DNA of 64,000 nt from Candidatus Saccharimonadales bacterium (GTDB lineage: Bacteria; Patescibacteriota; Saccharimonadia; Saccharimonadales; 2-12-FULL-41-12). The notes beneath the pieces are model-generated. The model did not search any database, had not been told where the DNA came from, and saw only the letters and a program-made list of their open reading frames with translations. The DNA is taken from contig JBFIJM010000001.1 in the NCBI GenBank assembly GCA_041600715.1, forward strand, positions 384,387 to 448,386, in the 5' to 3' direction. The position numbers were made by a program, and so were the translations under genes. This document shows, piece after piece, positions 38,039-48,634 of the stretch; the stretch's first letter is position 1, and every line of letters begins with the position of its first letter.

Positions 38039-40846
38039 CTATTGCATATTTTTTAGAAATTTTCCAGTGTAGCTGTTCTTATTTTTTGCTATCTGTTCTG
38101 GAGTACCTTCGGCGACGATCTGGCCTCCTCCAGCACCACCTTCTGGCCCCATATCGATAACGTGATCTGCGGATTTGATAACGTCAAGATTATGCTCAAT
38201 CACCACCATACTATTGCCAGTATCAACCAGTGCGTGTAGTACATGTAAAAGCTTGTCAACATCTGCCATATGAAGTCCGGTTGTGGGTTCATCTAAGATG
38301 TACAACGTCCTGCCTGTTGGTCGACGAGAAAGTTCGGTTGCGAGTTTAATACGCTGTGCTTCTCCCCCACTTAGTGTTGTTGCAGACTGTCCTAAACTTA
38401 TATAACCTAGACCGACATCAACCAATGTCTGTAGTTTGCGTGCGATGCTAGGAATATTTGCGAAGAAATCCAGAGCCTGCTCGCAAGTCATAGCTAGGAT
38501 GTCGCTGATACTTTTTCCCTTGTAATGGATTTCTAAAGCTTCACGGTTGTAACGTTTACCTTTACAGACTTCACAGGCGACATAGACGTCAGGTAAGAAG
38601 TGCATCTCGATCTTTATGATTCCGTCGCCAGAACAGTTTTCGCAACGACCACCCTTAACATTAAAGCTAAATCTTCCGGCGCTATAACCTCGAAGTTTTG
38701 CTTCAGGCAAGCCCGCAAATAACTCTCTTATTGGAGTGAACAGACCTGTATAAGTAGCAGGATTACTGCGTGGAGTACGACCAATCGGTGACTGATCTAT
38801 GACAATCACTTTATCGAGGTTGTTAATCCCCTGTACTTCGTCATGGCGACCAGGATTAACGTGTGCACGCATAAGTCGCGCTGAAAGTTCTTTGGCGAGT
38901 ATGTCGTTGATTAGACTTGATTTACCCGAACCAGAAACACCACTTACCACAACTAGTTCGCCAAGAGGAATAGTAACGGTTATGTTCTGTAAGTTATTTT
39001 CACGAGCGTTTACGATGGTAATATTTTTACCGTTGCCTTCTCTGCGTTTTTTAGGTACGGCAATACTTTTCTTACCAGCTAAGTACTGCCCAGTGATACT
39101 CTTTGGATTTTTGATTATTTCGATAGGCGTCCCAGACGCTGTAACTCGACCACCATGAACTCCGGCACCTGGTCCTATATCAAGCACATAATCAGCAACA
39201 CGGATAGTGTCTTCATCATGCTCCACTACCAAAACTGTATTACCCAAGTCCCTCAAATGTTTAAGCGTAGTTATTAATCTTTCATTATCACGTTGATGCA
39301 ATCCGATACTGGGCTCGTCTAAGACGTAAAGCACACCTTGGAGACCGCTACCAATTTGGGTAGCAAGTCTAATACGCTGGGCTTCTCCGCCACTAAGTGA
39401 CGCGGCGCTTCGAAGAAGGTTAAGATAATTTAAACCGACATCTTGAAGGAATTTAAGTCGGGCTTTTATCTCCTTAAAAATCTGGGACGCAATCATTGCA
39501 TCACTATCTGAAAGCTTAAGGCTGTCAAAAAACCCTACTGCATCATCTATAGATAAAGAACATACATCCATAATTGATTGATCATCTATCGTGATAGCTA
39601 GCACCTCAGGTTTTAGACGCTTACCGTGACAAGCGTGACAAGGGCGCTCTTGCATGAAACGCTCAATATCTTTTCGCATAAATTCACTGTCAGTTTCTTT
39701 GTGGCGCCGTTCAAGATTAGGTACCACCCCTTCGTAAGTGGTGTCAAAATGCCGACCACTCCCGAGGCGTACTTGATAAGTTTCATTCCCAGTTCCATAC
39801 AATATTTTCTCTATATCAGCAGGTTTTAGATCGCCCGTTGGAGTATGTAAACTAAAGTTATACTTCTCCGCTACGGCTTGCATTTTTTTCATGTACCACG
39901 TATCAGTACTGACACGATTAAATGGCCGTATCGCACCTTCAGCAATGGTCAGCTTACCGTTAGGAATTACCAATTCCGGATCCACCTCTAATCTGTTACC
40001 CAAGCCTGTACATACAGGACATGCACCAAAGGGGCTATTAAAACTGAATGTACGTGGCTCAAGCTCTGGAATCGACACATCCGGGTGATCAATACAAGCG
40101 TACATCAGGCTGTACAGATGCTCTTCTTTATTATCAGCATTAACAACCAAAAGTTTGCCATCAGCCAAGTCGAGCGCCTGTTCGATGCTTTGTACAAGTC
40201 TCCCTCGACTGTCCTCATCATTCACAAGTCTATCTACTACTATTTCAATGGTGTGTTTATGATTTTTATCGAGTTCTGGCCACTCATCGAGAGCGTATAC
40301 AACACCATCAACTCGCGCTCGAGCGAAACCGCTTCGTGCATACTGCTCTGGAATATGTTCAAATTGACCCTTTTTTCCACTAACAATTGGAGCTAAAAGT
40401 AACAAACGAGCCTTATTGGTTGCATTCACGACCTGATCCACAATCATGTTTGGCGTTTGGCGACTAACAGATTTACTACAAATTGGACAATGAGGAATTC
40501 CCACACGTGCATATAAAAGACGTAAGTAATCATATGTCTCAGTCACTGTAGCAACAGTGCTTCGAGGATTTCGACTGGTAGATTTCTGATCTATCGATAT
40601 AGCTGGGCTTAGACCGTCAATTTGGTCAACATCCGGCTTTTCCATCAGACCAAGGAATTGCCTAGCATACGCGCTCAAACTCTCGACATAACGACGTTGT
40701 CCTTCTGCATATATTGTGTCAAAGGCAAGGCTAGATTTGCCTGACCCACTTAGTCCCGTAATCACGACTAATTTACCTCGAGGTATATCGACGTCAATGT
40801 TTTTTAAATTATGCTCACGAGCACCTCGTACCGAAATATATTCCAA
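38039..40846 (-). CDS. uvrA: excinuclease ABC subunit A
   Basis: 935 aa, two ABC modules ([18 protein letters not shown]), Zn-finger Cys pairs, TTG start. Confidence 0.95.
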   Translation of the reverse strand: MEYISVRGAREHNLKNIDVDIPRGKLVVITGLSGSGKSSLAFDTIYAEGQRRYVESLSAYARQFLGLMEKPDVDQIDGLSPAISIDQKSTSRNPRSTVATVTETYDYLRLLYARVGIPHCPICSKSVSRQTPNMIVDQVVNATNKARLLLLAPIVSGKKGQFEHIPEQYARSGFARARVDGVVYALDEWPELDKNHKHTIEIVVDRLVNDEDSRGRLVQSIEQALDLADGKLLVVNADNKEEHLYSLMYACIDHPDVSIPELEPRTFSFNSPFGACPVCTGLGNRLEVDPELVIPNGKLTIAEGAIRPFNRVSTDTWYMKKMQAVAEKYNFSLHTPTGDLKPADIEKILYGTGNETYQVRLGSGRHFDTTYEGVVPNLERRHKETDSEFMRKDIERFMQERPCHACHGKRLKPEVLAITIDDQSIMDVCSLSIDDAVGFFDSLKLSDSDAMIASQIFKEIKARLKFLQDVGLNYLNLLRSAASLSGGEAQRIRLATQIGSGLQGVLYVLDEPSIGLHQRDNERLITTLKHLRDLGNTVLVVEHDEDTIRVADYVLDIGPGAGVHGGRVTASGTPIEIIKNPKSITGQYLAGKKSIAVPKKRREGNGKNITIVNARENNLQNITVTIPLGELVVVSGVSGSGKSSLINDILAKELSARLMRAHVNPGRHDEVQGINNLDKVIVIDQSPIGRTPRSNPATYTGLFTPIRELFAGLPEAKLRGYSAGRFSFNVKGGRCENCSGDGIIKIEMHFLPDVYVACEVCKGKRYNREALEIHYKGKSISDILAMTCEQALDFFANIPSIARKLQTLVDVGLGYISLGQSATTLSGGEAQRIKLATELSRRPTGRTLYILDEPTTGLHMADVDKLLHVLHALVDTGNSMVVIEHNLDVIKSADHVIDMGPEGGAGGGQIVAEGTPEQIAKNKNSYTGKFLKNMQ

Positions 40847-40907
40847 ATTATCACCTACAAATTAACCAATATATTATACGTTAAAACGACTAGTTTATAC
40901 TAGTGTC

Positions 40908-41333
40908 ATGGCCAAACAACGAAACCATGGATTAGTTAAACGCATTGCTATCGATATTGCCGGGTTCACGATGATCATTGCGTCGCCGTTTCTCGGTTGG
41001 CTTCCTGGGCCTGGAGGAGTTCCGTTATTCCTCGCTGGGCTTGGAGTGTTGTCACTAAATTATGAATGGCCTGAGCGTATCCTTAAAAGCTTTGATCGAA
41101 CACGGAAAGAACTGACTGCAAAGTATCTTGTTAACAACCCTAGAGTTTCTCTTTCTGTAGATTTAGTGAGCGGATTATTAATTACTACCGGAGTTTACTT
41201 AATAATCACATCTGCATCAACGCCACCTAGATTAATTGGCGTTGGGTTATTCACAGCAGGAATAGTTCTATTATTTTCAAATCGGAATAGACTGCAGTCC
41301 TGGTTAAACAAACATAAGAAGAATAAGAAATAA
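40908..41333 (+). CDS. PGPGW-type small membrane protein
   Basis: WLPGPGGVPLFLAGLGVLS motif, 3-4 TM. Confidence 0.5.
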   Translation: MAKQRNHGLVKRIAIDIAGFTMIIASPFLGWLPGPGGVPLFLAGLGVLSLNYEWPERILKSFDRTRKELTAKYLVNNPRVSLSVDLVSGLLITTGVYLIITSASTPPRLIGVGLFTAGIVLLFSNRNRLQSWLNKHKKNKK

Positions 41334-41335
41334 TA

Positions 41336-41363
41336 TTGACTTTTTGACAATTTTCTATAGAAT
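41336..41363 (+). promoter_or_regulatory. promoter TTGACT-N16-TAGAAT
   Basis: TTGACT 41336..41341, TAGAAT 41358..41363, upstream of the 59-aa ORF. Confidence 0.45.
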
Positions 41364-41400
41364 TGATCTTAAATTAACTATTAGTTTACGTAAGGTCAAC

Positions 41401-41580
41401 AATGTTAGAATTTATTGTTTTAGGAAAAGTCCCAGGTTTTGAGATATATTTACCTTTTGGTATAACATTACTTCTTGTAGTAATATCGTTATCCTCTGTA
41501 TTTGCTTTTATATACAAAAACACTCTTCTTTTTCGTAATTATAAACAGCGGTTACAACAAATCTTCGACACTTCACTTTA
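41401..41580 (+). CDS. small membrane protein (59 aa), below the ORF-track cutoff
   Basis: Own translation MLEFIVLGKVPGFEIYLPFGITLLLVVISLSSVFAFIYKNTLLFRNYKQRLQQIFDTSL*. GTAAGG Shine-Dalgarno; convergent 3-nt overlap with sbcB. Confidence 0.4.
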
Positions 41581-43005
41581 ATCAATAGCAGGCGAAATGC
41601 TTTCTGCGTAAAGTTGGAGCTCCTCCAACAAATAAGTCTGCGAAGCAGTGATACCTTCTCGCACGGCTAAAGCTTGTAAACGTTGCATAAACGCAGGCAT
41701 ACTTCTTTGTAGTGCGTTTGTCCTATACTCCTCCCACAGAACACGCTCTTCTGCGGTTAAGTCAGCGGGATAATTCCTGGCCTTATACAGCGGGAGGAGA
41801 TTCTTAAGTCGCTGATCTTTAAGTTTGTTCATAAAATCATTGATTTTATCTGGTGGCTGTTGTCGTATGTCCTCACTTGTTCGCTTATCTGAGTCTGGTA
41901 TAAATCCATCATATAGCTGGGAGTCAACGTCTTTATCGTTCGCAAATAAAGCTCCCTGATCAGCACGCTCGTTATCTAGTATCTCAATGGCTTTGTGGAG
42001 ATGTTTTATAAACTCTGGCGCAGTATCAAGCTGTTTTTTATGAGCCATACATTGGGCTAGATCAATTTTTAGTCGATCCTTGTTTTCATTGTTTAGCACT
42101 CCTAGTGGAGCAACGGCTGGACAACGATTGAGTTGCATAGCCTTCACTGGTAATCTTAACGCGTCTGGGTCTTTGTTATATCGCCAAATCTCAGCCAACT
42201 TCTCTGGTGACATACTGATGAATTGAGACGGATCATGACGTAAATCGTACACCAAATAACCTTTATGCCCCGGATGCTTGCCTAAACTTGAAACAACGGC
42301 CAGCTTTTCATACGTTGCGCTGTATTTACCGCTTACGTATAGGAATGGCTGGTTGGTAACCGCTAATTCCTCAACACGTTTTTTATCTCGCATGCCGAGT
42401 AGATAATCAAAAAGCTTAGGCTGTTTATCTCGTATCATTTTAGCTACAGCAATTGTTGCACGTACATCGCTCATAGCGTCATGAGCGCTACTATGATTCA
42501 ATTTATTGAGCGAAGTTAAAAGCTCTAAACGATTAGTCGGCTTTCCGTCAGAAGCAAACGGCCAATTAATTCCCTCTGGCCGTAATGCCCTGGTCAGCCT
42601 TACCACATCTAAAATATCCCATCGACTTCTCTTGTTCTTCCATTGCCATTCATAAGGATCGTAGAAGTTGCGGTAAAGCATAAACCTCATAAACTCATCG
42701 TCAAATCTTACAGAATTGAAACCCGTAAAAATAGTTCCTTGCTTATTAATCTCCTTATCGAATATTTTTATGAATTCTGCTTCTGTAATACCATCAGATA
42801 CGGTCTGTTGTGGTGTAATACCAGTCACCATAATTGCGTCTGGTTCAGGCAAGATATCATCAGTGAGTTTGATTAGTAGATTATGTGGCTCATCATTTGG
42901 GTTGAGGTTCATGTCAGTTCGTTGACCAGCAAACTGCATAATTCGGGCTGAGCGCGGATTAACCCCGCTTGTTTCTAAATCGTAAAAATAAAAACTTTGA
43001 CTCAT
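41578..43005 (-). CDS. sbcB: exodeoxyribonuclease I
   Basis: FYFYDLETSG...RIMQFAGQRTD DEDDh exonuclease motif plus the ExoI SH3/C-terminal domains. Start set to ATG 43005 (GGAG Shine-Dalgarno, ATGA overlap). Confidence 0.85.
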   Translation of the reverse strand: MSQSFYFYDLETSGVNPRSARIMQFAGQRTDMNLNPNDEPHNLLIKLTDDILPEPDAIMVTGITPQQTVSDGITEAEFIKIFDKEINKQGTIFTGFNSVRFDDEFMRFMLYRNFYDPYEWQWKNKRSRWDILDVVRLTRALRPEGINWPFASDGKPTNRLELLTSLNKLNHSSAHDAMSDVRATIAVAKMIRDKQPKLFDYLLGMRDKKRVEELAVTNQPFLYVSGKYSATYEKLAVVSSLGKHPGHKGYLVYDLRHDPSQFISMSPEKLAEIWRYNKDPDALRLPVKAMQLNRCPAVAPLGVLNNENKDRLKIDLAQCMAHKKQLDTAPEFIKHLHKAIEILDNERADQGALFANDKDVDSQLYDGFIPDSDKRTSEDIRQQPPDKINDFMNKLKDQRLKNLLPLYKARNYPADLTAEERVLWEEYRTNALQRSMPAFMQRLQALAVREGITASQTYLLEELQLYAESISPAID

Positions 43006-44411
43006 GACCACTCCTTTTCATATTCGGCGATATCGAACTTACGCTTAAGCCCACTATAAACCATTGATCGAATTGTGCCATATACAGACCTCTCTTTCCA
43101 TGGTCGATCATGGACTCCTGAAATTGACCACATGATACCTGTGTAACCATTAGGATCGCCTCCGTCAATAGAATAAAAATCATTAAGATATATAAGTCGC
43201 TCAATTGCTTGAGTTGGTGATTCACTCCATTCAAGCACCTTTTTTGCCCAATACATTCGCATATAGCTATTCATCTTACCTGTTACTACCATCTGTTTTT
43301 GAGAAGCATTCCAGGCTGGATCATGGGTTTCAGATAGTTTAAGTTGCTCTAGTGTATATATATGCTCACGTACGTCATTAGCGTGGTCACTCAATGTTTT
43401 TTGTGCCCACAGTGGAGCCCCGTCTAAATTATCATAGTCTGAATTGTAATAACAAAAGTTATCACTTAACTCCTTACGTATCACCAACTCTTCTGTTAGA
43501 GCATCTATATTTTTTTGCAGAGCAAAGTCATTAGAAGCCTCTTTTGTAACTTCTAGTAAAATTCGAAGTGATGAGATCTGCCCAAAATGCAGATAAGGGC
43601 TGAGCCCTAATCCCGAGTCCGATGATAGATCGTTACGTTTTTCTGAATAGTTTGCAAGACGACTATTAATAAACTCTGATAAGCGGTCACTTGAAATTTT
43701 CTCACCACTAGGATAATACTCTGACAATCTACTTTCTTTATTTGTATCAAGCTTGGCAAGCATATTATTTATTTGATCTTTTAGTTCCGTTATTTTCATA
43801 ACCTTTCCACTCCAACCATACGGATGAACAACGACTTGCTGTGGTTCTTCTAAATATTTATCAAGATGACCAAATAATTTCGGACGCAAGGTCCTAGCAG
43901 AATGTTCCTGTTTGTTACTAGCTGTCCACACCGGTATGGCGTTATGAGTATCAACAACAAACGACTCACAATTGGTATGTTTCGCTAAATACATCTGCAA
44001 GTTCCTTGGCCCTCTGAGAGGATTAAAATCAAAGTACACAGAAGCTGGTGTAAGGTGCTTAAAACAATTAACTAGACGTCTCCTGGGATCTCCTAGAAGC
44101 ATGATGAAAGGTATTCTGTAGTCCCATAGTGACAACTCAACCTGTTTTAGGCCTTCTATCATCCATACATACTGCTCACGACTACGATGCCCTGTCGTTG
44201 GATACAAACAAAAAATCACCGCCAGGGGCAGTTTCTTTTCTATTGCACAATTTTGCGCCAGAACAAGAGCGTGATTATCGTTGACCCTCTGATCACGGGA
44301 CATAATATACAAAACACACTTGCCGTCACCGCTACCCTTACCAAGCTTTTTGGCACGAGTTTGGAGCAGTTGGTTAGTATTTAAATTGTCCAGATTTGCC
44401 ATTTTTACCAA
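43002..44411 (-). CDS. phr: deoxyribodipyrimidine photolyase, class II-like
   Basis: VLYIMSRDQRVNDNHAL, LSPYLHFGQIS, MRMYWAKK motifs. Confidence 0.8.
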   Translation of the reverse strand: MVKMANLDNLNTNQLLQTRAKKLGKGSGDGKCVLYIMSRDQRVNDNHALVLAQNCAIEKKLPLAVIFCLYPTTGHRSREQYVWMIEGLKQVELSLWDYRIPFIMLLGDPRRRLVNCFKHLTPASVYFDFNPLRGPRNLQMYLAKHTNCESFVVDTHNAIPVWTASNKQEHSARTLRPKLFGHLDKYLEEPQQVVVHPYGWSGKVMKITELKDQINNMLAKLDTNKESRLSEYYPSGEKISSDRLSEFINSRLANYSEKRNDLSSDSGLGLSPYLHFGQISSLRILLEVTKEASNDFALQKNIDALTEELVIRKELSDNFCYYNSDYDNLDGAPLWAQKTLSDHANDVREHIYTLEQLKLSETHDPAWNASQKQMVVTGKMNSYMRMYWAKKVLEWSESPTQAIERLIYLNDFYSIDGGDPNGYTGIMWSISGVHDRPWKERSVYGTIRSMVYSGLKRKFDIAEYEKEWS

Positions 44412-45651
44412 TGATAATTAAATCATCTGGATTTATTTTCTGGCGCTCAAGTTCATGCATAATACCCATTTTTCGCATAATGTCACGCAGTCTCTGAAGC
44501 CCATCACGACTTTCGAAATCAGTCCTAATAGCAAATCGTTCTATCTTTGGACCGACTACTTCATAATGATCTTCTTGTTTTGTAACTCTCCAATAATCTT
44601 CGCTATCCTCAAGAGATATAATCGGAATCGCATCTTCCTCTGCTTCTAGTGCAATCTCAGCTTCTTTATCCGCGAATATAACAGCCTGCCCTAATAAATC
44701 TTTAAGTCCGGCTCCACTCATTGCAGATATTGCCATGACAATACTAGACTTCGGGGCCACCTTTTTGACTGAGTTTATATGATCCTCAACAATATCATCG
44801 TCTAACCCTTCGGTTTTGTTGATCGCTACAATTTCTGGACGTACTGATAAATCCACACGGTACGCAGATAATTCATCTCTTATGATTTTGTAGTCTTTTG
44901 CGATGTCATTTGAATAAGCGTCGATCAAATGTATCAACACTCTTGTTCGCTCCACATGTCTTAAGAAGTCGACACCAAGACCTTTGCCCTCACAAGCGCC
45001 CTCTATGAGACCTGGTATATCTGCTACTAATAAGGCTCGGTTCTGGCCAACATCTGCTACACCCAGGTTTGGCTTCAGAGTCGTAAACGGATAGTTTGCA
45101 ATTTCTGGTTTAGCGTTCGTTATTCGGGATAAAAGAGTCGACTTACCAGCATTAGGTAACCCGACAAGGCCCACTTCTGCGATCATTTTTAGCTCTAAGG
45201 TAGCCGTAAATTCTTGGCCAGGCTCGCCCTTTTCTGCAACTCTGGGGACTTGCCTTACACTACTTGTAAAATGAGCATTACCGAAGCCACCCTTACCGCC
45301 TTTTGCAACGATAACTCTCTGGCCATCTGATGTAATGTCTCCAAGTAACTCTCCGTCTTGGTTATACACAACCGTTCCCACAGGTACCATTACCTCTAGA
45401 TCAACTGCTGATTTACCGTGACGCTTCCTCTTAGAGCCAGGAGAACCGTCCTTTGCGGTTATTTCTTTGTTGTAGCGAAAAGCAGCTAAGGTATTCTGTC
45501 TTGTACTACCTACCAGTATTATGTCCCCTCCTTTGCCACCGTCCCCTCCATCAGGACCACCTTTATCGATAAATTTTTCGTGTCTAAAACTAACCACACC
45601 GTTGCCACCGGCACCAGCACGCATTAATACAGAAACTTTATCGACAAACAT
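44374..45651 (-). CDS. obg: GTPase Obg/CgtA
   Basis: Gly-rich Obg fold (GGDGGKGGD), G1 GLPNAGKST, DIPGLIEGA, and an OCT-type C-terminal domain. Confidence 0.9.
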   Translation of the reverse strand: MFVDKVSVLMRAGAGGNGVVSFRHEKFIDKGGPDGGDGGKGGDIILVGSTRQNTLAAFRYNKEITAKDGSPGSKRKRHGKSAVDLEVMVPVGTVVYNQDGELLGDITSDGQRVIVAKGGKGGFGNAHFTSSVRQVPRVAEKGEPGQEFTATLELKMIAEVGLVGLPNAGKSTLLSRITNAKPEIANYPFTTLKPNLGVADVGQNRALLVADIPGLIEGACEGKGLGVDFLRHVERTRVLIHLIDAYSNDIAKDYKIIRDELSAYRVDLSVRPEIVAINKTEGLDDDIVEDHINSVKKVAPKSSIVMAISAMSGAGLKDLLGQAVIFADKEAEIALEAEEDAIPIISLEDSEDYWRVTKQEDHYEVVGPKIERFAIRTDFESRDGLQRLRDIMRKMGIMHELERQKINPDDLIIIGKNGKSGQFKY

Positions 45652-45726
45652 CTAATACTAGGATATAGGAATTAGCAATTAGTAACTAGGGTGTAATTAT
45701 TAATTGTTGATTCCTTACACTAACCG

Positions 45727-46902
45727 TTAATAAATAAAAGCGTAATTACCAAACTCGGCAGGAGTGATCGTACGATACGTTACACGACCCCATGACGGAT
45801 AGTTCATATCAGATACAAGGGCTGAGCCATCGTCGTTAAGCTTCTCTACGAATGCTACGTGTCCTAGACCTCCAATGTTTTTATGGTATAAGACTGCGCC
45901 GGCCTGTGGCTCACCGCCGGTTGGCAATCCTGCTCGTCGTGATACGCTCAGCCATGTGATCGCATTACCTAGGTTATTTGGAATCGGTCGTCCAATCTCA
46001 TTACGTCGATTGGCTGCGTGCCAAGTACACCAGCCATAATCATAACCATTAGAGCCGTATGATGGTGCAGAACCAAACGAGAAGCCAGCAGAATATCCCG
46101 ATGACGTAGACCGTGAGATCGGGGCCACTGTGGGCTGTACACCGTCAGGTATTACAATTCGCTCTCCTACTGTAAATCCTCCGGTCAATTCTGCGTCGTT
46201 AAAGGCTATTAGAATTTCTTTGTTGGCAAAGTACCTGGTGGCAATTGACTCTGGAGTATCGCCCGCCTTTACTGTGTAAATGAGACCATTTACTGGACTT
46301 ATAGTAAGTTGCTTGCCGACAGGTATGGAATCACCGCTGAGACCATTAGACATCCTAATGGTATCGGCAGAAATGCCAAATTTTGTTGCTAAAGAAGTAA
46401 CTGTATCACCTTCTACCACAATATAGTTTTTGATATCTTTCTTAGACTTAAGACCGGCTCCAATAATTTGTGGCTTTACAGAAACCATATCACCAGTGCT
46501 TGCAACAGCAAGTTGTGCGTTTACGCTGTCGGCTTTGTTAACAACAGCCGTTGATTCCTGTAAGCCAGTGAGCCTAGCTACATGTACAGCAACATCTGCT
46601 GAAGAAACACTATCCAGAGGTTTTGTAACTTCTGAGACAGCTAAAGGAGCACCAGAAGACTGATATGATGTTGGTGAAGACGTGCTTTGTGCGCTAACAA
46701 CAAACGCGCTTACAGAAGCAACCAATACAAAATTAGCGCCGATTATCCCGAATTTCGTGAGTCGACGCTTAGAACGACGGTTGATCCGTGTGAAAATACT
46801 TTTAGATTTCGTAGTTTTTCTCGTAGGCTGAGAAGTTTTGGGTCGAAGGCCTGTGAGTACTGTTGAATTACGAATAAATAATCTCCTGGCGTGGCGCTTC
46901 AA
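45727..46902 (-). CDS. LysM (x2) plus CHAP-domain peptidoglycan hydrolase, N-terminally anchored
   Basis: YIVVEGDTVTSLATKFGI and YTVKAGDTPESIATRY LysM repeats; C-terminal WCTWHAANRR...GHVAFVE CHAP Cys/His; TTG start. Confidence 0.8.
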   Translation of the reverse strand: MKRHARRLFIRNSTVLTGLRPKTSQPTRKTTKSKSIFTRINRRSKRRLTKFGIIGANFVLVASVSAFVVSAQSTSSPTSYQSSGAPLAVSEVTKPLDSVSSADVAVHVARLTGLQESTAVVNKADSVNAQLAVASTGDMVSVKPQIIGAGLKSKKDIKNYIVVEGDTVTSLATKFGISADTIRMSNGLSGDSIPVGKQLTISPVNGLIYTVKAGDTPESIATRYFANKEILIAFNDAELTGGFTVGERIVIPDGVQPTVAPISRSTSSGYSAGFSFGSAPSYGSNGYDYGWCTWHAANRRNEIGRPIPNNLGNAITWLSVSRRAGLPTGGEPQAGAVLYHKNIGGLGHVAFVEKLNDDGSALVSDMNYPSWGRVTYRTITPAEFGNYAFIY

Positions 46903-47186
46903 TGAACTTGTGAGGCGACCGTTGCCTAAAGCCTTATATACGCAGGTTTAATTTGTTATTTACAGACTGTATTGCACCCAAATAAGAGTTGCTCATTCTG
47001 TTTTTTTACTAAAGTTAACTGTCTGCAATATAAGGACGATACCATTAACAAATAAATAATTATCAATTAGATAATGTATATTTTTTGATACCGTAAGATA
47101 CATTGTAACAAATTTTACACTAAAATGCAAGTGTTTTTAGAGACTGCTACCACTGTAATTAACTATAATAATTTTATTAAAATTGT

Positions 47187-48203
47187 TTATCTACCACATA
47201 AAGTAGTGCAGTATTTCTCTATATTAGCTTCGTGTTCTTGTAAAGTACGTGAAAAATGAGTTGTCTTATCGTCGCCTGAGACAAAATATGTCCAATCAGT
47301 GCTAGCTGGAAATGCTACTGCACGTAGTGAACTCTCTGATACGTTACTGATAGGTCCGGGCGGTAACGAGGTGATATCATAGGTGTTATAACTTGGATCT
47401 AATTTAGCGTAATCATCAGTAGCATTGGACTCTAGTTTCATACCCTCACGTAATCGCTTAATAAAAACTTGAGCTACCTGGGCACGATCATCATCATTAT
47501 GGACTTCTCGTTCAATTATCGATGCTAAGGTAATACCCTGGTGTAGGGTCATTCCCTGTTTTGTAATTGCCTGGCGTAACTCTGCTGTAAGACGTAACTC
47601 TGTTTCATCCAAAGCTAGTCTTATTATCTCTTCAGGTGTTGTGGAGGCAACTTTTAGGAAACTCTCCGGATATATATACCCCTCGAGTGAAGCGTCTTTT
47701 GGTTTTTCTGAAAGAGCTGGATGATCTGCATATAGATCTGGGCTAAATGCACGATCTACATCTTCAGACGTGAATCCCTGCTCTATAAAATCATCCTTAA
47801 TCTGGTCTATTCTCTTGCCAGGTAAAATCGTAACCAAGTCTGTAGCCACCTTACCCTCTACAATCACATCGATTATTTCTGGGACACTTTGGGATTCACT
47901 AAGAATATAAGTTCCGGCTTTTATTTTGTCTCGTAGTTGATTGTTACGTACATACCATTCAAAAGCCCAATCGCTCTTTATTACACCTTTGGCTTTGAGC
48001 TTGTCAGCAATTTGACCTGTTGTAGCACCTGGCTCAACTGTAAATACATGAGTTACCTCAACTGCGCTAACTGGCTCCAGATTACTCTGATATGTTTTAT
48101 ATAAGTAAGTAGCGCCACCGACTACTGCAACTAGCAAGAACAGTAATATTCCCAGAACTACTGATCTGATTCGGGTTTTTCCCTTTACGTGGTCAAACTT
48201 CAT
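47187..48203 (-). CDS. mltG: endolytic murein transglycosylase MltG (YceG-like)
   Basis: N-terminal TM plus YceG body (LASIIEREV). Start set to ATG 48203 (GGAGG Shine-Dalgarno, ATGA overlap with ruvX). Confidence 0.85.
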   Translation of the reverse strand: MKFDHVKGKTRIRSVVLGILLFLLVAVVGGATYLYKTYQSNLEPVSAVEVTHVFTVEPGATTGQIADKLKAKGVIKSDWAFEWYVRNNQLRDKIKAGTYILSESQSVPEIIDVIVEGKVATDLVTILPGKRIDQIKDDFIEQGFTSEDVDRAFSPDLYADHPALSEKPKDASLEGYIYPESFLKVASTTPEEIIRLALDETELRLTAELRQAITKQGMTLHQGITLASIIEREVHNDDDRAQVAQVFIKRLREGMKLESNATDDYAKLDPSYNTYDITSLPPGPISNVSESSLRAVAFPASTDWTYFVSGDDKTTHFSRTLQEHEANIEKYCTTLCGR

Positions 48204-48634
48204 AATTCCTCCATTGTATCGAAAAATTCCTTTAGTATAAAACAAGCAGAGATCGAATCCTGGGAAGCGCCCTTGTAAGTTTTCAGTAGCTCATCGGCGC
48301 GCCTCGAACTTAACGACTCGTCAACAAACACTATAGGCTTACCAGAAACTTTTGCTATCTTGTCTCCTACTGTTCGTATTTTCTTGCTTTGTTGAGTTTC
48401 CTCACCTTGCATATTACGAGGCAAGCCTATAACAATCAGTTCAGCTTGTTCTCTTTCGATTATCAGCAATAACTGTTCAAATAATGAATCCAATGATAGA
48501 AGTGTCTCGATAGGTTCAGGGAGACGCGCAATTACACTAGCGCTTGCAAGTCCCGTTCTTGCATCACCAATATCTAGGCCTAGCACACGCCCGCTAGCGG
48601 GTAATAACACTGCCGTCAGCCTCTTCAATAACAT
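48200..48634 (-). CDS. ruvX: Holliday-junction-resolvase-like nuclease RuvX/YqgF
   Basis: VLGLDIGDARTGLA motif. The likely true start is GTG 48610, preceded by AAGAGG. Confidence 0.85.
   Translation of the reverse strand: MLLKRLTAVLLPASGRVLGLDIGDARTGLASASVIARLPEPIETLLSLDSLFEQLLLIIEREQAELIVIGLPRNMQGEETQQSKKIRTVGDKIAKVSGKPIVFVDESLSSRRADELLKTYKGASQDSISACFILKEFFDTMEEL

Noticed and set aside
40847-40907. SOS (Cheo/LexA) box upstream of uvrA
   Set aside because: Only an ACTAGT-TTAT-ACTAGT dyad is present, with no GAAC-N4-GTTC or CTGT-N8-ACAG pattern. That is insufficient to call a LexA site.
46903-47186. Possible c-di-AMP (ydaO-type) or other riboswitch in the 284-nt region upstream of the LysM-CHAP hydrolase
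   Set aside because: I could not find the conserved ydaO core elements or any convincing pseudoknotted stem set by eye. It is left unannotated, and only an Rfam scan could settle it.
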